The position numbers were made by a program, and so were the translations under genes. Under the pieces are notes generated by a model. The model saw only the letters and a program-made list of their open reading frames with translations. It was not told the DNA's origin and made no database searches. 64,000 bases of DNA from Eledone cirrhosa (lineage: Eukaryota). The DNA lies in assembly GCA_964016885.1 (NCBI GenBank), contig OZ024741.1, forward strand, positions 286,936,001 through 287,000,000, given 5' to 3'. This document shows, in pieces, positions 38,615 to 52,362 of this stretch (its first letter is position 1; every line of letters starts with the position of its first letter).

Positions 38615-41600
38615 GGGTTTGGCATAATGGGAATGGAGGATTTGCCTTTAGAAAAAACAAAGGCATCTACTTCTTCGTCAAAACAAGAAGATGGGAAGGG
38701 AAAGTCATGCCTACTTGACCAGCAGATAGTAGAAGACATGGACAAAGGAATGCCAACATTATCGCCTCAACATTTAGAAGAGGATCAAGCTTCAGCTGCT
38801 TGTAAGCAACTGAACACGCCTGACGTCACAAACGTCACATGATCCTCACACAGAAGGAAGTATGTGTAGCAAACACTAACACCACCACAACCAACAACAA
38901 CAACACAACAAAAGGAATCAGTGGCAACACAACGAATAAGATATCATCACCAACAACAACAACAACAATAACAACATTTCATTTGCAGCAACAGTTGCTA
39001 AGCAACAGGATTTTAAATACTACTCATGGACATTTCCCAAAAGTCCCAATATTTGGAAGAAGCTTCCAACTATGTGACGTTTGAGGGAGACACCCCAAAC
39101 ATACACATACCCCCACAAGTAAGAGAAATGACACAGAAAAAGAAGCTAATTTATAGAACACTTGACATCACTACTAAAAAAACCCATAACGCTCCCAACA
39201 AGCACTATCGAAGCTGCACTAAAAGACATCAAGCCAGACATTGAATACCTCCAAAGAGGTAAACAGTATGGAAGTGTGTCAGTGCTCTTTAAGCGCGAAA
39301 CTATGGCACAAAACACTCGGCTCACCCAATAAAAACGGATCAACACATCTTCCTCCCCACATACATGGGAAGAAGATCCTACAAAATAAAAATAACCAGG
39401 ATCCCAGCAGAGGTCAACATATGGTGGATCCTACGCTGCATCCTGAAGAAGGATGAGGACACCCTCCTATCTATAGACAGGACAGACCGGCATAACTGGT
39501 TTGGAACCTGCATCGAGGTTCTGGTACAAATGAGGCCAGAGAGAGTTGAGAAAATACCGGACAGGATCGTCCTTGAGGAAGATTTCATCTCCATTTTAGT
39601 GGATGGGGAAAAGGCCTCAGTGCCATAAGTGTGGGAAAACCACACACTTAAAGGCCTTTTGCCCTCTCTTAAACAAACCGAGGACAAACAAGATGTTATT
39701 ACCAACACCAAAACCCCAACATCAACACCCCAAACCAAACACAACACAAACACCTGCAACATCCACTCCCACACCACCACAGACCAGAGACAACCACACA
39801 CACAAAATCCCACTGACCCCCCCCTGTCAAATACTTCCACAAACACCTGCACAAACACTCCACCACACAACATACCCCACCCATCTACCCCTAATTCAGA
39901 AGTCTCAGACACGGGAATCTCTACATCTCCAAGTGAGAATGAAGAGGAACCCCAAAAATCCCCCAAACCAAAAAGACACAAAAAAAGACACAAAAACATT
40001 ACAGAAAACACGCACACACCCAACCCCACCATAAACACACCGCCACAAACGACAAACACACCAACAACACAATCACCACCAACACAACCAAACATTTCAC
40101 CAACAAAACAAACACCCACACCACCACATCACAAACCCCAACCACAAAAAGAAAACTACAACAGAAACAGTACACATAAAAAACAAAACACACTACACAT
40201 ACATAAAAACAAGAAACAAAGAACTGGTGAAAACTGTCCGAAAGGATCCCACAATATAAACGGAAGGGAAAACCTTCCTCACCAACGACCCACCCCAAAC
40301 CTCAAACTTATCAGGGTAACAACCCTACAGTATGAAACTTTAAAAGAGAACTTTCCACATGATGTGTGCCCCCCCCCCTTGCCAAAAGCCCCTTAACCGT
40401 GTCCTGCTAAAAGGATTCCCTGCCTCCCCAAACACCACCAATCTGGACATGGAGATCGAACAACCCGACCTCCAGGAAACGAAAAGGTAAGTGTTCCTGC
40501 CTTTTCTCTCCTTAACTCTTCTTCACCAACATGGCGACTATACAAGCTGGATGTTTGAATGTACGTGGCCTGAGCATGTCCTGGAAACAGGGCCAGCTTT
40601 TAAATGATCTCAGGTCACATTGTATAAATGTGATAGCCATCACCGAGTCCAGGATTCACGACAAGCAGCAGCAGCTAACCCCCATGTTCGATGATTTTGA
40701 GATCTACGCATCTCTCTGTCAGCCAGGAGGTGGAGTGGGCGTTGCTGTTCTGTTTCGAAAAAAACTTGGATCTCAAAATACAGACGATTCACTTGGACCC
40801 GGTGGTCCTGGACGTGAATGGTAGTGAAGGTGGAGCTTTCAGACAGGTGGCCGTATATGCCCCGACTGGGACATCGCGACCAGAGTTCTTCAAGCGTCTG
40901 GAGTCATTCCTGGGAACGTCACGCTCCTTAGTGTTAGCGGGGGACTGGAATGGCATCTTAGACGCACGTTGGGACTATGTAGGAGCTTGTGATAATAGAG
41001 GGGTGTAATAGCCTCAAAAATCTCATCAGCCAATTCCAACTGGCTGATAGATATCGACTAGACTTCCCAAGTGCACCACTCTGGACGTGGAGCAACCGCA
41101 CTGGGTCTTCTAGATCGTATTTAGATAGATTTTTAATTAGACAGAATGATAAGGAAACATTAAGCTGTCCACAAATGCACATCGTTGCCTATTCAGACCA
41201 CAAATTAGTCACCTGCATAGTCAACCTTGATAGAACATATAGACAGGGACCCGGATACTGGAAGCTAAACATGTCGCTCCCGGCGCGTAAAGCCTACAGT
41301 AAACGGATTAGCACCTTAGTTAAGTGCCAGTTGACGGGGGCGATTGTCAACAACAGGTGGTGGAGCTCTCTCAAGAGAGCAATTAGAATAGAATCGATAG
41401 CATTTAGAAAAAAACAAAACTGAAAAGGAACTGGTAGCTAAAATAGAAGAGGCACTTAGGAGTGGCAGTACAGCTGATGTGCTAGCGGCGAAAACGGTAC
41501 TAGACCAGTTCTTCAACGTGAAACACGAAGGTTGTATTGTCAGAAGTAGAACACGTGCTCTAAGAAACGAGGGAGCCAAAGCTGTTAGCTGGGCCGAGTG

Positions 41601-43692
41601 GCAGAGGCGAAAAGTGGCAACAAATCCACAATTCGGTCTTTGCAAGACAAAGATGGACGCATTATACTTGAATCCAAGCAGATGTGCGCGGCTTTCCAGC
41701 AGCATTTTGTACAACTGTTAGGGCAAAGCGGTACATCGAGCGAGGTGATGGACTTCAGCTCCTACATCGACGGCGTACCGCGACTCTCGAGCACGGATGC
41801 AGAGAGCTGCGAAAGGCCGATCTACTGCAACTGGCAGCAGAACGGGAGGATTCCCAGTTCTGTAGGCAGAGGCGTAGTAACGTTGATCAGGAAAGATGAG
41901 AACAAGAGGGATGAGATAAGCAATTTCAGGCCTATAACTCTGCTCAACACAGAGTTAAAGATTTTGGCCAAGGTGTTAGCAACAAGGCTGGCGCTTGTCG
42001 TCGAGAACCTGGTAGGGGAAGTCCAAACGTGTGCAATCCCGACCAGGTCCATACACGACAACCTCCCCCTCATGCGATACATCATAGAGAGGGTAGGGTG
42101 TAAACCTGGCTTTGGTGGGGCTCTGATAAATTAGATCAGTCTAAGGCATTTGATAGGGTCGACCATCAATACCTGGAAGCAGTTCTCAAGGCAGCCGGCT
42201 TCGGTCCCGTCTTCAGAGGCTGTATCGCTGTCATGCACACCAGCATCTGCTCGGCAATCAAGGTGAATGCCTACCTATCAGAGCCATTCCAAATCATGCG
42301 TTCCATCCGTCAGGGATCCCCTATCTCCTTCATTCTGTATGTACTGACTCTCGAGCCGTTACTGCGGAAATTGGAGCTGTTGCAGGGCATCCCGATCGAA
42401 CCAAGACTGCGGAAAGCAGCGTCAGCCTATGCCTAGGATATAACCGTATTGGTGTCGAAAACCTCGGAAATCAGGGTAATCGGCAACCTATTACAGGAAT
42501 ACGAAACGTTGACAGGAGCAAGACTAAACCCAAACAAGTCTGTCGGTTTGCAACTCGGCACATGGAGAGGCAAACCCATGCCTTCCGACAGTGTCGTTGG
42601 ACGGTGGACGGAAGGACCAGTGAAATTGCTCGGGGTCTAGTTCGGTCCAGACCTCCAGGTAGACAAGAACTGGAACGAGGTCACGGTGAAGGTGTTTGCA
42701 CTCACCCAGAAGTGGGCTGAGTGCAAACTCTCCTTGAAAGGTCGAGCGGAGGTGGCGAACACTTAAAAAGCGTCCGTCATCTACTACCGCTTGACAGCCG
42801 TGCCTTGCCCCCGCGAATACCTTACCAACATGGAACGCCTACTCTTCAAGTTCCTCTGGAAGAAACAGGCTCCATTGGTGAGGAGATCCACCTTCTAACG
42901 GAGGGCTGGGCATGTCGAGGCTGATGGTGCGCAAACATGCGCCGAGGCTACGCCATCTCCAGGTATTCCAGTTTGAGACAAAATCTACAGACACGGACGC
43001 CCTGGCAGAGATTCTGCCAAAAGGACCTGTCCAAGATGCGAGCAGGACATCGAAACCGTTCTGCACGCAATTTTTCAGTGCCCAGGGTGACCGACCTGTG
43101 GAATTATGTCGAACAGCGGCTATCACGTGTGGGACGCATCAAGTTGTCAGCCGAGTCCATCGTGAGGATCAACCCGCCGCCTTCATTTAAGAACGAAGGA
43201 GAGGCGGTTTTGCTCTGTCTGGTGGCTATGGCGAAAGAGGTAATATAGTGGACGAGGTTAAAAGGACTGAGGGCAAACACCTTTCTCTCCGGACAACAAC
43301 TTATCCCCTTCTTTAAGTATCACTTCAGAAGGAAGGTGAGAATGGAGAGAGAGGTGCTACACCCCAGTAAATTCGCTGAAAGGTGGGTGAATGTGGCGAA
43401 AATGGTCCGAGTGAATGGGCCTTCTCTGTATATAAACCTGTAGGTTGAGGTAGATAAACAGAGGGAAGACAGGAACACATACAAAACGTGTTCCTGGTGT
43501 TGAGGGTTGTTCTATCCACGGGGTGTAAAACATCCCTGCAGTAACGTTCCCCGCTACTGGGGATTTCAATTGTTATTTTATTATATATAGTTTATTGTTA
43601 TTTATTAATGTTAAAATTATTTTTATGTAAAACCCCCGCCGTCACGTCTTGCAATGTCCCATTTTTGTACGCCCCTGTGGAAAATAAAGAAA
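38615..43692 (+). mobile_element. Decayed Tx1-like LINE copy 4 (ORF1 ~38626-40490, ORF2 40531-43443), lacking the 5'UTR seen in copies 1 and 2
   Basis: CHKCGKTTHLKAFC knuckle; endonuclease motifs; RT YADD mutated to YA*D; internal deletions; AATAAAGAAAgatatcta end. Confidence 0.92.
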
Positions 43693-44281
43693 GATATCTA
43701 TAATGTGGGTATATGCACTTTGTGATCTATGAAATTTATGCGTTTTGACTATGTCAACATGTATTTATCTGAGTTTGATTATTTATACATAGACATACTT
43801 GAAAGTATTTTAAGACGTATCATACGCTGTATTATACTATGTACAATTTACCACACCGTACTATATTGTGTTACATTATATTATATTATTGTATTACTGT
43901 ATTTCATTATCTTATTATAATTTTCATCTTTTAATATACTATCTTTCCTAGTCATGACCTTAATTTATATTCACCTAAAAACTCCATACAACACAACTCA
44001 ACATTTAATTTTTACATTCCTTTTAAACTTCACGATACCATATACATTCAACTATCAATTTGACAATCCTTTTCTTCCTAATAGATTTTTTATAGCAATT
44101 CTGTTATTAACACCATTCAACCATTCCTTTCAAAGGGTCATGACCTCAACTAAGTGAATTATTTTTCATCTTAACATCATATGGAAAAAAGCAATCTGAT
44201 TGGTTAGTTCTTCAACTACCCCCAAATAAGATCATAGAACTAAAAATAATACTAATTTACTACTAATTTTGAATAAAATTA

Positions 44282-44425
44282 TTATTGCTTTTGACAACAG
44301 CTGGTGATATGCATGTAAGTAAATATTCTCTTTATCTGATATTTTGTAACTAACCTTACATAGATCGATATCGAAGTATAGTTACGATGTATTATCATCA
44401 CCTAGAAACGATCGTAAAGCAGTGA
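44282..44425 (+). ncRNA. Degenerate large-stem-II hammerhead related to family A
   Basis: ttattgctt TTGACAA ...ccta GAAA cgatcg TA aagcagtga; downstream ggattacattgagttcttcat shared with the family A tail. Confidence 0.6.
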
Positions 44426-44604
44426 AGTATATTTCTAATGACTTGATTTTTTATTTCATTTTTTAACTTATATCATGACTCTGTTTTCCTTTTAATGTTT
44501 TATTGTTTTCCGGGATTTATTTTAACGTACAACATTTTCAACATATGGATTACATTGAGTTCTTCATGCAGACTAGAACCCACAGCTTACCGTGGATATC
44601 TCTG

Positions 44605-44704
<100 letters not shown>

Positions 44705-44762
44705 TCACCACTAATTGATTTGGCAGATATCTTTAACCCATTAATACCAAACATTATTTGAT

Positions 44763-45148
44763 CAGGGCAGTATCGGTAGAGGGTCGGACGCCATGCTTTG
44801 ACGCATAGAGTTACGGCCCTTTATGGTCTGAGTTCAAATCCCGCCGAGGTTAACTTTGCCTTTCATCCTTACGGGATCGAAAAAATAAAGTACCAGTAAT
44901 GTACTATGTAATTGCTGGCCTTGTGCCAATAGTAGAAACAATTATTTGATCAGGGCGGCAGATTGGCAGTATCGGTAGAGGGTCTGACACCATACTTTGC
45001 AGCAAAGAGTTACGGCCCTTTATGGTCTGAGTTCAAATCCCGCCGAGGTTAACTTTGCCTTTCAGCCTTACAGGGTCGATAAAATAAAGTACCAGTAATA
45101 CACTGGGATAATTGCTGGCCTTGTGCCAAAAGTAGAAACAATTATTTG
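44763..45148 (+). mobile_element. Two tandem tRNA-derived SINEs
   Basis: ttggcagtatcggtag, gagttcaaatcccgccgagg, aattgctggccttgtgcca tail; attatttg(a/g)tcag repeated at the three boundaries. Confidence 0.85.
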
Positions 45149-45342
45149 GTCAGTAGTTCGTGTGTATGTGTAAGTATATATATACACACACACACGCATA
45201 CACACACACATACACACACACACACACTTACACACACACTCAAAAGCAATAATACACACCTACCAATTTCACCCCAACGGCACACACATAACCATACTCA
45301 TGACACACCTGGATTCCCCACCTCGGCTCCTTGTATGTGTGC

Positions 45343-45383
<41 letters not shown>

Positions 45384-45388
<5 letters not shown>

Positions 45389-45585
45389 CGAAGGAATTGT
45401 GGTAAAGAACCAGATGAACCATAACGCACCAAAGTACTCAATACTTAGGGTAATAGAGTGGGTAATAGGAACAAGTATGACCCCGACGGCAGAGCTCAAG
45501 CCGTTTCGACGGGTATTTCTGGACTATTTGGTCCAGAAATAGCCGTCGAATCGGCTTGAGCTCTGCCGTCGGGGTCTTACTTGTT

Positions 45586-45590
<5 letters not shown>
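45384..45590 (-). mobile_element. PLE-type 3' tail (family C) ending in a 60-bp-arm fold-back palindrome; relatives at 50044, 54912, 60895
   Basis: Arms 45465-45524 and 45531-45590; every copy abuts (TA)n. Confidence 0.75.
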
Positions 45591-45639
<49 letters not shown>

Positions 45640-45985
45640 AAAGAATAGAGGTGTAACACACAAGTTATGATATATTGGTAAACGGAAAAGAAAATGCTGA
45701 CAAATTGTTCACAGTGAAAAATAGTTTAATTAGGAATAAGTGAGAATTAGTAATAGTATTGGTTAGTATTCAGTTTTGGTTTTAAGTTTTACCGGTTGCG
45801 CATTTCTAATGCTTTTCAAAAATAATTTTGAGATAGAGCGTCCGTGATGTTTTGATTTGGCAGATGTCTTTAACCGATTGATACCAAACATTATTATGTG
45901 TCTGTGTATATAAAAAACCATTATAAGAAATATAAGAAACCATTATGTGTCTGTGTATATATATATATATATAAATACAGACACA

Positions 45986-46026
<41 letters not shown>

Positions 46027-46029
<3 letters not shown>

Positions 46030-46725
46030 TTAAGGATACTATTTATGGTTATGTATATACTAAAACCTTTTATAGTTATATATATTTAAACCCTAAACAG
46101 TGAAAGACAGTAATATATTACTACCTTATTACCAGTAAGATAAATAGCTCAATGTAATAACATCAGTTGTTCTACAGAGCAGTTATATAGAAATTACATG
46201 AATCAAAGTTCGCTTACAATTGTTTCTTCCAAACCGATGTTTGGAGTCTTCGGAGCAATTTTTCAATGATTATTTACATACATGACCTCCTTAACACATA
46301 AAAATCATAACACTGTTTTGCTTCTCATTCTTAAATATTTCTCTGCACACAAGCTTCTATATCATACATATAAAATACTATACAACCCCCATAATACTCT
46401 TGATTGCCCGCTTAAAGTGCTTATATTCCATATAACACCTTACCGCACTATAATCTTATATACATAGGACACACGTGCATGCCCCACGTGTAACTAACTT
46501 CTTCTAACTATCCTCCTGCATCTTCTTCGTAAACTGCCAATGTTGTATTATAACTTTAATTTTGTTGTAATTTTCTTTTTTGAATGTGATGTTATTACAT
46601 TGAGCTATTTATCTTACTGGTAATAAGGTAGTAATATATTACTGTCTTTCACTGTTTAGGGTTTAAATATATATAACTATAAAAGGTTTTAGTATATACA
46701 TAACCATAAATAGTATCCTTAATAC
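46027..46725. repeat. Inverted pseudo-LTR arms (46027-46164 / 46587-46725) upstream of a PLE ORF
   Basis: ~138-bp reverse-complement match enclosing a hammerhead. Confidence 0.85.
46210..46258 (-). ncRNA. Type I hammerhead, CCGAAGA core variant
   Basis: ttgct CCGAAGA c-tccaaac-atcg-gtttgga-a GAAA caattg TA agcga. Confidence 0.8.
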
Positions 46726-46772
46726 CATTAACTGCTCCATACCGTTGAGCTGACATACAATAAATTACCAGT

Positions 46773-48280
46773 ATGCTGATCAAAGACCAACTCCCTATGT
46801 CAACCAAGAACATACCAATACCATCCAAGAATACATATGAAAAATTATTGATCAACAGTGTAAATTCCTTTATCAATAGAGTGAGATGGAGGACATTCCA
46901 TTATGATAAAAACAAATCTAATAATACTAACAAATTTGACTCCTTCGGTTTTAAAACCTTTAGAAGCCCCCCTCATAACACACTACTAAACTCCTTTGAA
47001 AATGACCTAATAAAACTAGTTAAGAACATTAAATACAAAAAGCACCTAGACTCAAAGATATATACACCTTTCCATAAACCTAACGAAAAACTCATTTACG
47101 TAGATACAAAGTCTAACCACCCTAGATCAATATTAAACTCTATCTCTAAGGGAGTATCCAATAGAATCTCTATCTATCATATTGCATAAACATATTTAGC
47201 AAAAACTCGCAATATTATAATCAGGCATTAGCTAGATCAGGCCATAATATAGAGATCGAGTTCCTACCTACAAAAACACATAGCTACAACATTAATTCGC
47301 ACAATATGTCCATGAGGAAATTTAGTAATAAGAATAGAAACCACACACACACTAATACGGTAGATGCCAACAGAAGTAACCCACACCACAGAAATTACCA
47401 TAGTACCATAAAATGAAACAACTCACCAGGCATAAAAAACAAAAATAGAAGAAGAAATAATACATTTTTCAACCCTCCTTTCAATCTAAACGTCTCTACC
47501 AACATACCTAGAGCTTTCTTCTCACTCCTAGATAAAAACTTCCCATCTGGCCACAAGTACCATAGCCTTTTAAACAAAAACACCATTAAAATCTCCTACT
47601 CTACTACGCCTAACATAGCATACCACATAGCTAGTAGCAATAAAAGAAAAATTAATTCTTACTTCCAACAAACTAAATCACAACAAGCGATAAACCTTCA
47701 TAATAACATTATATCAACTAACCCTAATAACAATAGAAATAATAGTAATAGCACTAGTGTAAGCAATAACGCTGGGAACATCAACCCCCATAATCATAAT
47801 CCTATAGCTACCATCCGGACTTCTACACATCATAATAACCGGCAGACTAACACCCAGAATAATTGTAACTGTAGATCAAATAGAATCTGCCCTTTAGATA
47901 AAAAATGCTTAATCAAGGATATAATATACTCATGCACCGTCACAACTAGCAACTCTTCTGAAACCTATATAGGCTCTACTTCAAACTGCTTCAAAACTAG
48001 ATACAATTCGCACCTCCACTCTTTCAAAAAACACAGTCTAGCCAACTCCACTTCACTATCTAGCTACATACACTATCTAAAAACTAAAAATAAATCTTAT
48101 ACACTTAAATCGGAAGTGATAGGTAACGCGACATCGTACAAACCACCTAATAAATTTTGTAACCTCTGTCTACTAGAGACCCATACTATTATCTTCTCAA
48201 ACCGTAACCCCCTTAATAAAAAAATCAGAAGTGTTCGCGTCTTGCCAGCACCGCTTCCGACACCCCTTCCAAAACTTTAA
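46773..48280 (+). pseudogene. Naiad-like PLE ORF with the RT core deleted; N-terminus, thumb and GIY-YIG retained
   Basis: STKNIPIP..RVRWR..FGFKT..FENDL joined to KPN..YV..SNHP; open frame 47417-48280 has FFNPPF, CNCRSNRICPLDKKC, IIY..TYIG, CNLC. Confidence 0.88.
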
Positions 48281-49435
48281 ACCCAATATATAACAATGTC
48301 AGACTTGAAACCGTCACCACCTCTAGCAACAAACCTCAAGGGCACACCTTACACCACATCTCCACATTCAATGATCGACATTAACACAAATAGTGACTTC
48401 CTTCTAGAACCTTTTACCCTAGAGATATCCCCATGTACATCTGCTTTTGGTATAATTGCCTTCAATTACTTAGACTACATTACACCACTATATAATTAAT
48501 GTAAACTTTAAACACTGAAGGGGTTGTGCTAATGTTGTTCTGTGTATGGAGTGCCATCACTGGATAATTTATTAACATAAAAGAACTATATAACCTATAT
48601 GCTGGGTACAATGAATTATGTACAAGTGATATATGAGTTGTACATACATGTATGACTTGATGGTCGGATTGGTGACTTTGTGAGTGAGAATTGATCTCTG
48701 GTCTACCCTAGTGATATTTAACTTTGCCATGCAATCAGACATGCACTGACTCAGAGCTTAACGGGAGTTATATATAGAAGTGATTATAATAAAACCCTGC
48801 CAGGTTCTGCGGATAGACTACACTTACAAAGATCATTGATTTGAGGATCTGACTCTTCATGTAGAATATTCAGTTGTGGCACTCTATGATAGAGGGTAAT
48901 TATCCTAATATGAACACCTTTAGTACTTCTTAATAGACTAGACTGTAATTTAATGATAGGATACTTGTACTTTGAAACTGTTTATAACCTATATGATAGG
49001 GACTCATGTGCGACACCATTTATTGTACATTAGGATAATAAATTTTAGTTATAGAAATCAGCTAGTTACCTCCCCTCACGCATTAACTCCTCTTAATCAC
49101 ACACACACTTCCGGAAAATAATACTATGTTAAATATATATATTGAGTGAGTGTGAAAGACCAAAGTTCATTATTGAAAGTCTCTGGGTTTCGCAAAATAC
49201 ATAATATATTCTTATTGGAAAAGATATTTCTCCGCAAAAATTTGATCGCATTGTTTTATTTCCACTATTGTATTTTTTGAAAATGTTATTTATTCACTAT
49301 AAAAATTAAATGATAGCATTCTAAATGTAGGTGGGCCCCCTTCATCTGGCAACCAACATTTTTAGACCTATTCCCCCACTGTATATATATGTATATATAA
49401 TGCCAATCATTGTAAATATATATATATATATATAT

Positions 49436-49992
49436 AAATGAAAAGTATAGAAATTATTGTGGCAAGAAGCCAACAGTATTCCATAATATATATATAAGTG
49501 ACTATAGCGTCAAAATGGGAAAATAGTTAACGTAAGATGTGGGAAAAATAATTCAAACTCAATTCAAAAAGAATCAGGATATAGATTCATCCAACAGAAT
49601 TTAGTGAAATCCAGGGAGAAATCAATAGAGCCTTAACTCATGATAAAATAAAGTTTAAAATACTCATCTTTCAATTTTGAAAAACTACAAATGCTCTGTA
49701 TAGTCTTGAAAAGACTATTTCACGAAAACTTTCAGTGGGGATGGTCACGGTTGGAATTCAGCAGAGCTCAACGCGATAGCCAAAATCTCACTGATTATAA
49801 TATGCCAAAAAGGGAATTTAAAAGCAGGCTAGTTCAACATCATGCGTGATTATGAAAATAAAACGCACATGCGGAAACAGGGCTGGTGACGTCAGAATGA
49901 GACGAATGTTTGTTTACATGAAACAACATTCAAAAACATTCCGAAAAAAAACTCTACAATAAGGAGTTCAGCAAAAAGCAATATTATCGCGG
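49436..49992. mobile_element. Inverted relative of repeat 27394-28070
   Basis: ~550-bp reverse-complement similarity with scattered substitutions and indels. Confidence 0.8.
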
Positions 49993-50161
49993 TTATTTAA
50001 AAAAAAAGACCGGGATTAGTCACAAATAATAATATATATATATATAACGAAGGAAGTGTGGTAAGGAACCAGATGGACCATAACGCACCAGAATACTCAA
50101 TACTTAGGATTGTAGAGTGGGTAATAGGAAAATGTTTAACCCCGACGGCAGAACTCAAGCC

Positions 50162-50199
50162 GTTTCGACAGCTATTTCTGGACTGAGTCATTTGGAAAC
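50162..50199 (-). ncRNA. Degenerate hammerhead (family C)
   Basis: gtttc CAAATGA ctcagtcca GAAA tagctg TC gaaac; stem I perfect, core mutated, stem II shortened. Confidence 0.5.
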
Positions 50200-50216
50200 T
50201 CTGCTTCGTAGAATCG

Positions 50217-50313
50217 AGACGCATCTGAGGACCTTGCGATTTCAGAGTCAGGTTCGATCATTACATCGATCGTGCCTCGCGCTGGTCGCTAGAGAAACGA
50301 TTGTAATATGTCT
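50217..50313 (+). ncRNA. Type I hammerhead with ~62-nt stem II, GUA site
   Basis: agacgcat CTGAGGA ccttgcga...tcgctaga GAAA cgattg TA atatgtct. Confidence 0.78.
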
Positions 50314-50434
50314 AATATATTTTATTCGTCGTAACACTGATTCTCCGTTTCTTATGTGATATCATACTCTGCTCTGTAAGAGCACCGAGTGCTCAAACGG
50401 CCTACCGCTTACGGACGCTTTAAGTATCCCACAC

Positions 50435-50499
<65 letters not shown>

Positions 50500-50829
50500 G
50501 TTTCTATATATATATAATGCCAATCATTCTATGTTTGTATCTGATATGCAAAAACAGATATATATATGGATAAAGTAAGCCTAAATCATAGTAGATTCAA
50601 ATATCACAGACAGAGAGAGAGGGAGAGGGGGGAGAGAGAGAGAAATGAGGTGGAACAGAGATGAAACATGGGTTACAGGTTAAAATGTAGTCTAGATAGA
50701 TGTGAAACAAAACGAGGATGTAGTTTATGGAACACCCAAATGATTTAGAAGTCGATCTTAAGTAGGAGCAATAACATTAAGAAAGACATGAACAACACCA
50801 CAGCACTTTGTTTTGAAAATTTGAAAGTA

Positions 50830-51080
50830 GGTTTATAAATATAAATTTTCATAAGATTTTCGTAGTTGTCTCTATGGCCTAGCGGTAGATATAGAGACGG
50901 TTCAATTGGGTTCAATCCTGGTCAAGAGGTAACCTTGTAACCTTTTTCAGTTTTTATTTTACAACTGAAAAGTTTTATCGGGAACCCTACTCCCGACCAG
51001 GATCGCCACCGACTATGATTCTTCCAGCTAGGCCACTGAGACAGCTACAAAAGTATGACGAAAAATTGATAATTATAAGA
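50830..51080. repeat. Diverged inverted repeat carrying convergent tRNA-like heads
   Basis: gtagttgtctctatggcctagc...ggttcaatcctggtc versus gaccaggatcg...gctaggccactgagacagctac. Confidence 0.6.
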
Positions 51081-51194
51081 ACCTCAGACCCCCACTTAAC
51101 AACCGGGCTGAGAGAAATGAGCTGACATGGCTCACTTAACCATAATGACCATTCACAGCCTACGGCCTGCTATCTTCACACACACGCACGTATA

Positions 51195-51500
51195 TGCATA
51201 CCCATACGCATGCACACACACTTCTATATTTTACACGCACACATGTTTTTACAACCTACCACCTTTCACACCCTTTGATTTCCAGCTTCTACAGCCCACT
51301 ATCTTTCACACACAAACGCACTCACACATATACACACACAGTTACACACACACATGTATACCCATACGCTTACACACACACACATCTATATTTATACACG
51401 CACACATATTTTACAACCTACCACCTTTCACACCCTTTGATTTCCAACTTCTACAGCCCACTATCTTTCACACACACACACACTCACACATATACACACT
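51195..51500. repeat. ~165-bp tandem duplication
   Basis: ttttacaacctaccacctttcacaccctttgatttcca.cttctacagcccactatctttcac occurs twice. Confidence 0.85.
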
Positions 51501-51928
51501 TACACTTATACACACACAGTCACACACACATATACATTTACATACACATATCTTACGGCTTTCACACGCTAACGCACCCTCTTGATTTAACCCATTTGGT
51601 CAGTAGCTTTTGCCACAGCTTATCACGCGCACGCGCATCCTTTTCCCTCGTTTAAATTTTAAATATTTTTCTCCCCATAACGGCATTCCTGTCTTAACGA
51701 CATCACCACTTTCTCCGCTTGGCCTGTTTTCCCCCCTTTTGGAACTTTTCCCCGTTGATGGGCGTGAGCCCGAAATATTGGGATTAAATCTCTACTACGG
51801 TAACCCTTCTACCTTTGTTTTGTTTTCTTCTTTGTCTCTCAACTTTCACTTTCACCTGTTTTTCCTATCTATATTTCACTTCCTACCTCGAGATTTCCCT
51901 TTGCATTGTTGTGGCTTTCTTAAATACG

Positions 51929-52044
<116 letters not shown>

Positions 52045-52199
52045 GAGGTTATATTTAATTTGTTGGGATACAACAAGCAAAATATTTTTATAACTGATAT
52101 AAAGCACTCAACAAATTATTGGAGTAAATATACAATATACAGAATGGTTGCATTTTTTCAGGGTATGTCAATATTTATTTATAAAACTAACCTATATTA

Positions 52200-52265
52200 T
52201 ATTTTATCCGATGAAAGCGCACCATAGTTTGCCTTGGTGGCCCTTGAAATATGTATAATGAAATA
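52200..52265 (+). ncRNA. Type I hammerhead, CCGATGA variant, in an internally inverted copy (52041-52310) of pseudo-LTR 62293-62548
   Basis: tattttat CCGATGA aagcgcacca...tggtggccctt GAAA tatgta TA atgaaata. Confidence 0.75.
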
Positions 52266-52307
52266 AATATGGTTTTATAAATATAGTTTCCATTTGTTAA
52301 TATATTG

Positions 52308-52362
<55 letters not shown>

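Noticed and set aside
47414-47416. In-frame TGA as possible selenocysteine, as reported for some Naiad PLEs
   Set aside because: Lies in a low-complexity linker, not at a conserved Cys; GIY-YIG cysteines are TGY; no convincing SECIS seen; decay is simpler
49330-49383. Tc1/mariner-like end (...cccccactg|TA)
   Set aside because: No partner TIR or transposase found in the window
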